From NCBI RefSeq assembly GCF_037042905.1, contig NC_087246.1, positions 67,394,001 to 67,458,000 on the forward strand: DNA of 64,000 nucleotides, in the 5' to 3' direction. The position numbers were made by a program, and so were the translations under genes. Positions 1 through 12,828 of this stretch are shown here, piece by piece (positions within the stretch are counted from its first letter, which is position 1; each line of letters opens with the position of its first letter). The notes beneath the pieces were generated by a model, which did not search any database, was not told the DNA's origin, and saw only the letters and a list, made by a program, of their open reading frames with translations. The DNA is from Lytechinus pictus (lineage: Eukaryota).

Positions 1-2731
1 GCGAAACCATTGGTAGACCAGAGGTGAGGAAAATTCCTATATAATATATATATATATATAAATAATGCTGGCATATGCTGGCTAAATCGTTCAGGTGTGC
101 ATGACTGTCCCGCGTAACACAAATTTTTCACATCTGCAGTCGAAACGTTGGAAGGTTACTCTAAATTAATCTGCATATGTTTGAAATTGATATCTTTTAA
201 GAGAATATGATATGAGGTCGGATATAAAACCAATATGTTAACATGGTCAATGAATAAAACTGACTCGTTCACACATTGTTGCCAGTTAGATGTGATTACA
301 TCCAAATTGTAATTGGCAACAGTACATTACTGATTCAGTTTTCTGATTGACTTTTATTGGTTATCATTTCTTGTAACAATACGTGGATTATGAGACCCGT
401 GCCCTGTTACATAAAAGTTACTACCATGGTAACGTTGATCAACAGCCAATCAGAGTCAAGGATTCCATGCAAGTTATTATTGGATGTCAAAGTTACCATA
501 ATCATGATAATGATAACTTTTATGCAACGGGGCCCAGACTAACATATTTTAACATACATTTTTTTTGTTAAAATCTTCTTAATCCTGATTTGTGCGAATA
601 CAATTATGTGTTCCTCCGTTGTGATATAGATTTGTGTTTGAGGAGCCTTTTTTATTGCTAATTCAGTCGCGCCTATATTTCTGACAATTATAGTGTTTTT
701 AAGGGAAGAGGAATGCAGCTTTTAGATAAATTTCTGAATTTTATCTCCTTTAATTTGAAATAGCTAAATCCACCCACATTGATTATTGGCAAAATATAAA
801 AGGGATTTTGATATCAAATGTATTAACAAGTGTAATTTTGATACCTTGGCCAAGAAGAGTATACAGTTTGACTTTAGCACTCCTTCTAAGAAGCCTAATA
901 AATTACAAATGTGCCATTATTGTATACTCTCTCATGCATGGATCAAGGTCATAGTCAGAAAAAAACAGGAAAAGTGCCAATTAGTTACTTCGCTCAAAAT
1001 ATATTTAATAAAATGTTACGCCCTTTTCGTATATAATGGGGGAACTAACATGTTTTGTGCAATGTTAACGTTTGTTATTCGCCTTCTACCTGGTATTATC
1101 GTTCTCTTCATGCAAATAGCATGCAAACCAATTAAGTCGTTTACACAATAACACAACCAAAAATGGCTGTAGATCTATATTACAACAGGATGATTATTTC
1201 AATTGAATAAAGGGATATACACATCTCAACTACTGAATTAAGTCTGTGAATGTTGTTATTCCCAGCATAAACAGGTGTATGCGATAGACTGTACTTGTAT
1301 ACTGAAAAGCGTCCATTTACCTGTTCACTAATTCATAAGCATAATATTTCAACACATTTCAAAACTGTTGTTGACAACCTTAACATTTGCCACAGGTTTG
1401 TCAGATATAGCAATGTTCGGTTTGCATAATGAATGAGAAGCAAAACGTTTTCCCAATATCAATATCATTTCCAAAACAAGCAAAATAATATGAATATTTG
1501 AATAATCAAAATGATCACCAAAAAATGCCAAAGGCAAGATAATTCGTTTTTAGTAATCACGGACACGGTTATCATTTGAGATGTATATTTATTTATAATC
1601 TGTAGTTTATACCAATAGAAATTTTCAAACATGATCAAATTGCAAAATTTGAGCGTATCGTTTGATAAAGCATTGTCAAAGTTGTAACCAAAGACTATCA
1701 TAAATGAATGCACTGCGGCCTGTGTCACTACCTACCGGTGTAGTAGGTATATATAGATTGTAGAACGACTCTTTCTGCTCGAGAGACTGAATTTTAACGA
1801 ACAAAAGAAGGCTCTTAAGGCTCTTTTACGCCTGGAATACCTGCTCGAATCATTGATAAATCGAAATACAAAGTCTGTATATATAAATAACTATCATTAT
1901 CAACAGTTCAATATAGATAAATGACTAAGGAAATGCTAAAACAGTGACCCTTGTTAGCCTGGCTGTTTTTTAATATATGACTATTGTTCGTGGATATAAC
2001 CTTCTGTCCCTCCCTTTTAATACAATTGCCTCTGAAGTTTTTTGGTCGGGATTTGAAATGAAAGCTATTATAATCATGGGCTTACCAGCAAAAATGAGTA
2101 AAGAACTGGCTCCAGAGTATACATGTACATACCTGCTATGCTTCGTTGCTAAAATGGCGACCTGGTGCAGACTCGAAAGACTTGCTTAAAAAATTATATA
2201 GGCTTAGTAATCCCCTGTAACCTCAAAGAATATATCTCACAATCTCCCAATTATCCGTCGAAATATGGGTATACATGGGCATTATTCCCGACATTATTAT
2301 TGTGAAGTCTGGTGCGTTTACGGTATAAATCTGTATAGATTGTGACTGTTGATGCTTGAGTAAAGTCACGGATGAAATTCTCCGAAGAATGCATGGCGGG
2401 CGAATGTGGGTTAAAATGACATTTTTGCAGGCATTGTAGATGTGTGTTATATAAAAACTCAAATTCAGATTGAGAAACTTATATTTTGCTCTTAGGGGAA
2501 TACTTTTTGATCCATCAGTTACCATTAAATTTTAAAGTGACTTTTTAAGTATTTTAAAGTAAAGTGACCATCCCCTTCAGAATTAGTTGCCATTAATTAG
2601 TGACGGGCTTAAAATCTAGATGGATCATGGATGGCCCTCTACAAATGGGGTACTAAGGAACTGGAATTTAACCTGAAAAAGGGGTCTTCGAGAATGATGC
2701 CTGTACTGAGGGGTTTGGGAACGGGGGAGAA

Positions 2732-3008
2732 CAGGGCCCCGTCTTACAAAGAGATACGATTGATCCGATCAATCTCTAGTATATGGAAATCCATCAATGT
2801 CATAATTTTTCTTTAGGAAATTTCCTCATTTTCCTTTGAAAACAAAGGGAAGCATACTGAATTTTCAAGAAAACAGTGAATTTATTGAATATACATAATT
2901 TCTAGAAAATATTTTGAACAAACATGTAATTTTAGATGTTGACGTTGCTGGCTTTCCATAGTTGCGATTGATCGGATCAATCGTAACTCTTTGTAAGATG
3001 GGGCCCTG
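2732..3008. mobile_element. Palindromic MITE (PIF/Harbinger-like termini)
   Basis: TIRs cagggccccgtcttacaaagagatacgattgatccgatcaa / ttgatcggatcaatcgtaactctttgtaagatggggccctg. Confidence 0.7.
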
Positions 3009-3110
3009 GTTGGAAATGATATGCGTTTTTGAAACTGTTGACAATCAATGCGTGGACCGCACGTACCAAGACTGCGTATCCCCGGGCTTTTAACTCTCAT
3101 TTCACAATTA

Positions 3111-3302
3111 CACTCTAAAAAGGTTTACTCAATATTGGGTAAAATGGGAACATGCATGTTGGTTGAGTAAAAAGATATTTTGTAAATTTTACGCAATGTT
3201 GCGTTGAGATAGCCCAATATGGAGTAAAAAAAATACCCAGCAAACATGCATGTTCCCTTTCTACTCAATATTGAGTAAAATTTTACTCAGTGTTTTAAAG
3301 TG
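3111..3302. mobile_element. CAC..GTG-ended MITE (CMC/EnSpm-like), TA-flanked; three copies in window
   Basis: ta-CACTCTAAAA...TTTTAAAGTG-ta; inverted copies at about 14194-14399 and 37945-38139. Confidence 0.7.
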
Positions 3303-4412
3303 TAAAATTAGCATATTTCAGAGCTGGGGATGTTTGGACCTATCAGATTGTCAGGCATGGACAAATCTCGCTGCCTTCTGTCAGCTTTTCAATGGCTTTG
3401 AAACTAGAAGGGGAAAAGGCTTCAAAAAGAGGGTTACTCACTGACGCTGAGCGATTTAAAGGATGAGGTGGGGGCAACAAAAGACATAAAAGATTTTACC
3501 AAATGATGGTTATTTAAATAAATGAAAACAACCGAGTCTTTTTAGATCAAAATAATTCCAAAAAGACATCACTATCAATAGAGACAGTGATGGGGCCACG
3601 TTTAATCATAAGTCATACATTGTAAAATTACTATGTTGCACATCACATTGTAATTTGTATTTTTGTATAAAATAGCAAAGATTAAATGGTCTCAATCCGA
3701 CTGTAGCTTAGAAGCAAATCCTCGATGCCACCTCATTTAAATTTCAAGAGAGTTTTTGCTTATTATTTATGAAAATAACAATACATTGACACCCAAGAAT
3801 CTGCCTAACATACATAACTATATATGCTCATCGAAAAAATATCAAACAATATCATTTTATTCTTCCCTATCCAATCGGTATTTTCTTGTAATATATACTC
3901 TAGATATAACGATCTTACCATAAGGGAAATGAAATGAAATCTATAGTTTAATATTTGTTTTATTGAAAGGGACAGATTAATACAATGATACATTTCAGAA
4001 GACAATGCCATCATGATCATAATTGTTCACTGAAATAGGAAAAGCAATAAAAGATGACACATAACAGACTCGGACAGATTTGGAAATACAAGGGGCGTTT
4101 TTGTGTATTTTATAGATCCCTCCATTCGCATAATTATTATTGCGGTCACATCGAATTTGTAAGTAATATTTAATTCAGTATCATTATTGTAACTGTATTT
4201 GAAATTCAATTTAGTAATATTACATTATAATAAATTGAAATTATACTGGTAGATTGTGTATTAGGATATCACTCTGGATGGCTTAAATATGGCTTGTATG
4301 TAGTTTATTTCCGAAAATATACTAATTGTACATGTACTTGGCAGGGGTATAATGTGCCAACGATTGTGAGAGGGCACAATATGACGCATGGAACCAAATT
4401 TATATATATATA

Positions 4413-5550
4413 TAAACTCCTCAAAAAAAGTTTGGAAATCTGACTTTGATCGAAAATCCCTCCTTGGTTTTAGTAAATATAAATGTGTAATTAATAGCTC
4501 TGAATAGAACATTTAATTATCTTTAAAATGATACCCTACATGATATGATTATGGTTCACATGGAGGTGCAGTGCCTTGAAATGTGGGGCAAGCTCAAATT
4601 TCAAATGTTGCAAAATGACACAATATTGAAAGTCACTGTTCTTTTTTCCGTGGTGATGAGTGAGTTTCTCAGCGGTTTGTTTTTTACTTTGATCGATAAT
4701 CCCTCATCGGTTTTAGTAAATATCAATGTGTAATTGATATCAATGAATAGATCATTTAATTTTCTTTAGAAAGATAGCCTACAGGATATGATTATTGTTC
4801 ATATGGAGGTGCAGTGCCTTGAAATGTGGGTCAAGGTCAAAATTCAAAAGTTGCAAAATGACACAATATTGAAAGTCACTGTTCTTTTTTCAGTGGTGAT
4901 GAGTGAGTTTCTCAGCGGTTTCTTTTAAATGTTTTCATGCACATTAAAATCACCATTAATATGGAACCAAACACACCTCTGCACAATCAAAAACATAACA
5001 AACAAACATGCATGGGTATTTCAAACCATATGTTATCTCACAGTACCATCACTACAGAAGCAGGGGCTTGATTTGAATGGATTTTCATCTCTATTGACAC
5101 AGACAAAAGAATCATGTTCTGTATTGACCCATCATGACTATTTCTGCTCGTTTTGCAGCTTTTCAATTCAGACCTCATCCAACACTTTTGAATCCTGCTC
5201 TTTTCGTGATTGCATGATCATAACAAGCATGGTATCATTTTAAAGAGAATTAAATGATCTTTTGAATGATATCAAATATGCATTGTACAAAATTTGGAGT
5301 TAGGAGAAATTAATGGTCAAACTCAGATTTCCAAACCTTTTTTGCTCGTTTTGCAGCTTTTCAATTCAGACATCATTCAACACGTTTGAATCCTGCTCTT
5401 TTCGTGATTGCATGATCATAACAAGCATGGTATCATTTTAAAGAGAATTAAATAACCTTTTGAATGATGTAAAATATGCATTGTGTAAAATTGGGGGTTG
5501 GGAGAAATTAATGGCCAAACACAGATTTCCAAACTTTTTTGAGGGGTTTA
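4413..5550. mobile_element. About 1.1 kb non-autonomous DNA transposon within a (TA)n tract
   Basis: TIRs taaactcctcaaaaaaagtttggaaatctg / cagatttccaaacttttttgaggggttta; internal tandem duplications; second copy at 45005-46122. Confidence 0.75.
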
Positions 5551-7285
5551 TATAATATATATATATATATATATACATTTGAATATTCATTAGGTGGGCT
5601 GATGATTTCACATCTCCACTTTCCGTTTTCTTATGTTATTGTATAAAATCATATTTTTTCCTTATTTCATACTTGTGTGAATAACATGTCTTCCTTATAA
5701 TGAAATAAGTTGCAGCAATAAATATCTAATGCACTAAATTAGTTGTCAATCCAATTTTTCTAGTTCTTAGAGGAAAAAAATTGAATAAACCTAATTTCAT
5801 ATGATAAAATACAAAAGAACAAGTGGGGATGTGACATCATCAGCCCACCTAATGAATATTCATGACGAGTGTTTTCACAAAATATTGCTAAACTTTAAAC
5901 TTCAATTAATTTATTATTTAATCGCTAGAGGGTATTCATTTGTCTCGCAATCTACTATGGTCAACAAGGAAATTCGTAATCACTCTCGCAAAAAGTGTTC
6001 ACTAGCTTACAAGTTCATGAGCTTTCGAGTGCCGCTATTATTATTTGTTATCCGATTTTGATCAAATTTTCGGCATTTTGCTCAGTGAATTCTACTCTAT
6101 TTATTAAGCTATAAATACTTTCAGCCCGGACCGTCCTTTTAAAGTCGCTCTTATCTTATGAACAGCTTTATGAAACGGCCCCCATTGAAGTGTTGAAACA
6201 ACACTAGTTAATAATCAAACCAATATTGGTTTAACACTGATTAGTGTTGTTTAACTGCCTATCTGGTGTTAGACTAAAGCTGAAGTGGTGCTGTTTCAAC
6301 ACATTCTCTGGTGTTTTCCGAAATAGATACCAAGCTGGTGTTAAATTAACACCGGTATCATTGCAGTGTACTATAGAACGATAAAGGCCGTCAAATTTAG
6401 TGTTTAGAATACGGTAAGTATCCTTCAAATTGTCGTTCGATGCAACTTTGTGTACGAGAAGTTTGATAATATTTGCAAGAACCAGAAGTGATATAGATAT
6501 AAATTACTTTGGTTTAATTTCTTTTCAATGTTATGCTTCCAAATCAGAAATAAAAGTTATAAATCAATAAGCAAAAACAATAACATTCAATTGTAAATGG
6601 GTTAACATGGATAAACAAAAGACATACACAAGCAAAAGAGCATTATTATCATTCATATGAGATATGGTATAGAAAAGCCCCCACCCCGAAACGGGATAAA
6701 TTATAATGGACTTCAAGAACTGGCTTAGGGGGGGTTGGACCCCAAAATTTTCACGACCAAGATAAAAAAGAGAAAATGAAAGCAAAGGGGAGAGAGAAGG
6801 TGAAATATGATATTATTTTCTGAATATGATGTCAAAATCTATCACAAAATTAGAGTTTCGTTTAAAAATGTCAAAATTTTTGCTCACTCGCTCGCAACTT
6901 TTTACAGATTTTGCTGCCCAGTACGCCATGTCTGGTCCACTCAAAATTTTTGTCAAAGCATGCACTCAACAACAAAAAAACAACGCCCTCACACACACAC
7001 ACTCACAAAATCTCAGGTAAGATTTGAAACAGGAAATCAATCCGTTGGAGCCACACTGGTCCCTGGCCGAAAATGCCCCCCCCCCTGGGGATGGGGAGGG
7101 GGCGGCAACGAATATCGAGCTCAGATGCGACCATTTATGGGTCAGATCAGATCCTACTGCGTCACAAATGATCTTATTCAGGGTTGTATTGACCTGGAAC
7201 AGAGTGTGCCCCCAACGGACTGATTTCAAGACCAATCTAAACCGAGAATTTAAGAGTAACCAATAAATCTTGTAAATAGTGTTAA

Positions 7286-7873
7286 AGGAGAATGAAACTC
7301 TTGGAGCAAGTTAGCTTTTGTGAAAGCAGAAAAATCAAAGAATAAGATCAACAAAAGTTTGAGTAAAATAGGACTAGCAATAGAAGGGTTATGAGCATTT
7401 GAATGTCGAGATCACTAATGCTATGGAGATCCTCCTATTGGCAATGCGACCAAGATCTATGATGTCACAGATGTACAACTCTCCCCTTTTGGACACTGAA
7501 AATATACCCCAAAACATCTCTTTTTGCTCATTCTAATCATATGACAAACGATTCATCAATGATATAATGTTGTGAAACCTCAGTCTGTACTTGTCCTCTC
7601 ATAAAAAGAACACCTCACCTTGTGATAGACTCTATAAAAGTGAGAATATAAGTGAAATAAGTACTAAAGTAATGAGGGAGTTGTACGTGTGTGACATCAC
7701 AGATCTTGGTCGCATTGCCAATGGGAGGATCTACATGGCATTAGTGATCTCAATATTCAAATGCTCATAACTTTCTTATTATTTATTCAATCTTCCTCAA
7801 ACTTTCAACAATATGTTTCTTAGATTTTTCTCTTTGATATGGATTCAGCTGGTTTCAAGGGTTTCATTCTCCT
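7286..7873. mobile_element. Kolobok-like non-autonomous element (TTAA flanks, AG..CT ends, long TIRs)
   Basis: ttaa-AGGAGAATGAAAC...GTTTCATTCTCCT-ttaa with roughly 200-bp imperfect inverted arms; relative at 16530-17123. Confidence 0.75.
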
Positions 7874-7983
7874 TTAACAACCATAGACATAGACATACAA
7901 TGGATTAGGGGAAATTACTCTGAATCCATGCAATAAAATTACTTTCAAGTTGTTTCTCGAAGCTTACATTCTCGTTACATTCC

Positions 7984-8159
7984 CAGGTGGGTGTTTCATA
8001 AAGCTGTTGGTAAAGTTACGCACAACTTTACGCACGACTGGAATATGTTCTTAGGTCATAAATCAATTATATAGGGATATCACATAGCACAAGAAAGGAT
8101 CACCAGTCGTGCGCAAAGTCATTCGTATCTTACGAACAGCTTTATGAAAGACCCACCTG
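7984..8159. mobile_element. Short palindromic MITE (Harbinger-like)
   Basis: caggtgggtgtttcataaagctgtt / aacagctttatgaaagacccacctg; relative at about 12229-12400. Confidence 0.65.
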
Positions 8160-8359
8160 TACCTAATCACTCGAACTGAACATCATTACAATATACAAGC
8201 AGTGAAATTTACAAATCTAAATTTATTGGATGAATGTTCTAATCGAAGTGTAATCGAATATCATATTACTCGATACATAATTGTAATATACCCGATGGTT
8301 AGCCCCCAGCACCATTACAAGATTATGAGCACGAGAGCAGAAGGATAGGGACAGATAGA

Positions 8360-8556
8360 TAATAATAATAATAATAATAATAATAAACAGTTCTTGTATA
8401 GCGCATATCACGATTATGAATAATGTCTCTATGCGCTTCCAAAGGACTTGGATATTATTACCCCAGCTGTAGCTTGGCAGCCGTAATTACTAAGATTACA
8501 GCGCACACGCATTTCAAGGAATAAATTCCTGCCAGGTACCCATTCACCTCACCTGA
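8360..8556 (-). mobile_element. 5'-truncated SINE with (TTA)n tail
   Basis: Shares gtacccattcacctcacctg and the tail region with the SINE at 18247-18531. Confidence 0.55.
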
Positions 8557-8700
8557 TCACCCTAAGCATGTTAAGGGCTTAACAGGGCGAACGATTATAC
8601 TCTGTTTTATTTTTTAATTCGAAAAATACTTCTTGGTAATCCTTGCAAATGGAATACTGGACTTCTCGGTCCGTGTATATATGCGTATTGAAATGCCATT

Positions 8701-8842
8701 TTAAACGCCCTGTCTATTTTGAGAGAGGACGCCCTCTCTAAATCTCTCGGCTGCCTCTGTGAAGTCTGAAGGAGTATTGAGGCCCAGATGTTGACGGGGA
8801 CCCGGTGCCATTTCCATACGAGTGAAATCATCCTGTCCAATT
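8701..8842 (-). CDS. Avidin-family protein, last coding exon (final strand + C-terminal extension)
   Basis: gtctcttccag|A ATT GGA; reads IGQDDFTRMEMAPGPRQHLGLNTPSDFTEAAERFREGVLSQNRQGV*, matching avidin VGINIFTR; possible AATAAA on the minus strand at 8606-8611. Confidence 0.88.
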
Positions 8843-9052
8843 CTGGAAGAGACATAAACAAATTGACAAGAAAATGAAATAAGAGGTTTGATAAACGTTA
8901 TTGTGACGGGTACCATTGTCGCCGTGATCAAGATGAACAAACTACAATGTATGTAATTCAGTCAGCTGGACATTCATCCATGATGGACACTTAATTAAGA
9001 TATACACAATGTCTGTAATTTCTTTAATTTTTGTACGAAACAAAAATCTAAC

Positions 9053-9257
9053 CTGTTGGATGACCAATGGTCCTCGCAGGTGTCGACCTCACTGGTCAAG
9101 ATCCAGGTGGTCTTCATGATTTCTTGACCTTGGCAAACATGGCACAGACCTGTCCAGGCCGTGGCCGAAGCGCCGTTACTCCAGAGGACTGAGAAGGCAA
9201 TTGCATTATGGGATCCGTCCATGGAAGTCCATCCCGAGACACGTCCAGGACCAGAAC
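9053..9257 (-). CDS. Avidin-family protein, coding exon 4
   Basis: taccttcag|GT TCT...AAC AG|gttaga; reads GSGPGRVSGWTSMDGSHNAIAFSVLWSNGASATAWTGLCHVCQGQEIMKTTWILTSEVDTCEDHWSSNR, matching avidin FTVNW...STTVFTGQC...EVLKTMWLL...DDW. Confidence 0.92.
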
Positions 9258-10106
9258 CTGAAGGTAATACAAAAAGTCAGAAATTATATTTATTTGAAAA
9301 AACATAATCGCGGCTGGGGGCACGAGGCGACACTCTGCTGCTGTACAGAATTCCAAGGGGGGCACGTCCCATTTCCGATCCCACCCCCATCCTCAGTCCC
9401 CAGGATCGCCGTATGATATAAGTACTCTATTACTCATTAATTTGAAAGCTGGGAAAGTCAATTTAGTTCTTAGCAGACATTGCTTGATACAAAAGCTTTA
9501 AGGTGGCATCGACTTGTCGAGATGGCAAAATGATTTAATCTCCCTAAGTCGACATACAACAAAATTTTATGTCAACAAGGCGAGATAAGTTATCGAGCTC
9601 TCCATTTCGAAAAGAACGCTAACCTGCTATCATCCTCTTTTTAATATTTGTTTGAGATGAGGGCGCGCTACACATAAATGCTACACCGAGCCGCGTTGAC
9701 GCTTTATAATTATGAGGGGAAAAAAATCACCAACTGTTAGGAGATCTGAGGAAGAGAGAGATGGGGGGGGGGGTGAATGGATCGAGCGAGAGAGAGAGAG
9801 AGGGGGAGGGGGAAGATGACCGGATGGGGAATTCAAGACTACAACTTAGTAGTCAATTATGTATTTCGTCTTAGAAAAAAAGAAGATGCAGTGAAGAAGA
9901 CGTGCTCATCTGACTTCCAAATCATGAAAAAGAAGTTGTAGTTTAGTTTTTGCACAAACAGGGAGATGCACCAGAAAAATATCTGAGAGGAGGGGTCGAA
10001 GCTAATCCGAAATCTTATATTAATAAAAAAATATTCAAAGATATTAATATTTCCAGTCTGGAGTACGCCTTTGGCAATGTTTGGCTTTAACAGATAAGAT
10101 ACCCAC

Positions 10107-10232
10107 CTGCAGCTCCGGGTCTCCTCTCCACTGCAGTCCTGAATTCGCCTGTCACGTGACCTGTTTCTCTATCGACGGTGAGGATGATTTCGGAACCGAG
10201 ACTGTTGTACCACTTACCCGTCACGTTGCATT
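10107..10232 (-). CDS. Avidin-family protein, coding exon 3 (start of avidin beta-barrel)
   Basis: tctcttctacccag|AA TGC...GCA G|gtgggt; reads ECNVTGKWYNSLGSEIILTVDRETGHVTGEFRTAVERRPGAA, matching avidin CSLTGKWTNDLGS...FTGTYITAV. Confidence 0.9.
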
Positions 10233-11009
10233 CTGGGTAGAAGAGACAACATGACATTACGTCACAATGGCATATATCAAAGTTACGACTGCACTCGACC
10301 GAGCGTAAAATAGAGCGACTTCACCGAATATCATAAATAGTTTTGCATGGACATGGCTGGAGGTAGTGTAAAAAAAAAGGATGGGAGCGATTCGTAAAAA
10401 TAAGCGAAATTCTAGCAATCCAATACCAATTCTGCGGTGGAAAATGGATTGAGCTCAAACAGCCAAGGGTGGATATGGGGGAGGGGGCTTCCGTTAGACC
10501 CAGTTTTTTTTTTTATTATAAGGGCGATTGGTTCTATGTTGCCGACCTTTGACCACTGTTGTTTTGGGGGAGAGGGTAGCATATTTCTTTCATTTTCTTA
10601 CCCCAGTGGACGTCCCACTTTCCCCACTGACTCTAATCAACCCAAGCTCAGCTCCTTTTCCCCCAACACATCATGGCCGTACAAAACGGTGTATAATATA
10701 GGCCTATATATTTTGTGTTTCAATCCTTCTTGTTTGTTAGTTGTATCCCAGATCCTTCAAATGACAATAAAAAAAACTTGATCAGCTCTGTCTCTTTGCT
10801 TCCTTGTAGATTATCGTTTTGTGAAAAGAAAACATTGTAGGGCCCCGTTATGCATAATCATTATTCGAAATTAGATTTTTTTTTTTATTGATATCGAGGC
10901 AAAGGTCTATATTTGAAATAATTAAAATCATATGAAAGGGACATGCAAATTTGAGAAGAAAAGTGTTACTTGATAGAACATTGCACATTCATGTCACCAT
11001 GTATTCTAT

Positions 11010-11444
11010 CCGGGGGCCAGTCAAATTTATTCCTGTACATATGCGTGACCAAATTATTTCCAAACACCCCCTAAACGAGTTTTTTTCTCTGTGTGCAAAA
11101 TAAACCCCATAACAAGTTTTTCGCGTGCTATATTTACACATTTTGGCCCCGAAACAAGTTGTCGTCAGAATATGACCCCGGGGAAAAAGCATAGGGAAAC
11201 TCCCTAAACACGTTTGGCTAGTCTTAAAAAAAAGCTTTGGAGAAAAAACATACCCTAGCTACGTTTGAACCCGCGATTGACCATTGACCAGTCTTTCAAA
11301 ACCACCCATTTTCTTGAAAATCGGTGTTTTTGATATCTTTAACGAGTACACGCGCGGCCCTCGTCTAAAACTGAAAACCACCCCTTTAAACGCGTTTTTT
11401 TTTGGTCACGCATGTGTACATCAATATATTTGACTGCCCCCCGG
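11010..11444. mobile_element. MITE with 9-bp TSD (Mutator-like) in avidin-gene intron
   Basis: gtattctat-CCGGGGGCCAGTCAAAT...ATTTGACTGCCCCCCGG-gtattctat. Confidence 0.8.
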
Positions 11445-11776
11445 GTATTCTATGATCATTACCACTGGGAAAACTGAATTGAGCAAATCAGTGAGAAATA
11501 TAACTACACGGCAGCAACTACAATTAACGTATATGCCTAAAAAGAAATATTTGGTGCATTTCTTTTCATCAGGAACAGAAACGTGAGGAATATAGATGAA
11601 TATACATGTATGTTAAATGGGGTTAAATGTAGACACGTTTTTCTTTAAAATGAGACTGAACTACAACGAATAATGTGTATGCCTACATTATGATTATGGA
11701 GCTATAATAGCTCAATCCATGGTATGATTTTAAAAAATTGTGAACAATAGAGGCAAACTGTACATTAAGTATTTAC

Positions 11777-11816
11777 CAGTGGCTGGTTCAAAATGGGTAA
11801 TCTGGTCACTAGGGGT
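11777..11816 (-). CDS. Avidin-family protein, coding exon 2 (40-nt micro-exon)
   Basis: ttttattttgtttgcag|ACC CCT AGT GAC...GCC ACT G|gtaaat; reads TPSDQITHFEPAT; supplies exactly the phase 0 to 1 shift needed between exons 1 and 3. Confidence 0.7.
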
Positions 11817-12828
11817 CTGCAAACAAAATAAAAGATGAAGTAACAAGTAAACAAAAAAGATTTTAGACTTGTCATTTTATGACGGTTTGTTAATTGGTAT
11901 AGTTCAACAATGGATTTATAGTGAAAGATCTAGGTGGTAATTACGCGGCCCCAGTTTGATCCTTTATACAGTATCATGCATTATAGTGCGTTTAGATATC
12001 CGGCCTGGATAACATAATAGGGCCTATAATTTGTCATAAGTTTGGAGTAATTAGTGAGGCTGGCTTTTATAGCACTCCTAAAATTATGGAAAATCAACAC
12101 CGGCATAATGAGCGGGTATAGATTTTGGTTATATAAATCTCAGAATTGTGAAATAAAAAACATACAATTTTTCAATTTAGAATCAATAAACGATATTGTA
12201 CAATGCCACGACACCCTCCATCATAATCCAGGTGGGTGTTTCATGAAGCTGTTCGTAAATTAAAAGCGACTTTAAGAACGACTGCATTGAGAACCTTTCT
12301 TTTGCGCTAAATAATCATGAACATTTAATGGTGAATATCATATACCACAAGAAAGGATCACCGGTCGTTCTTAAAGTCAGCTTTATAAGATGGCCCCATG
12401 AATGCTATCACGATCCCGGAATATATTCGTGATGTTCGTCATTCAAAAAGCTGAATTTAATCACGAAACATCTCAATCACAATCCCTCGAAATAAAGTCG
12501 CATCGCATAGTATTCATGTTTGAACATCACTTAATTGGCTGACAACTGTCCAATTTTGGACAGTAAAGTAGCTGTTAATGAGGAATAAAGTCTATCTTTC
12601 TACCATGTCTATAGGGATTTTTTTTTATATATTGACGAAAAACGTTAAATGCCGTATGGCAAAACACTGTAGCAATTTAAGTACTGAATGATAAGGCTTT
12701 TATAAGAATGAAAAGTGTAAAATCAAATAAATAATTTAGGTGAAAATACTGGACAAAGCAAAAGGCATATTAACTATGAGAGAGAGAGAGGAGGGGGAAG
12801 GGGGAGAGAGAGACGGGTGGATGTTCAC

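Noticed and set aside
6807-7266. Cluster of overlapping ORFs in a GC-richer patch
   Set aside because: No recognisable domain or consistent splice signals; includes G/C homopolymers and repeat-like motifs.
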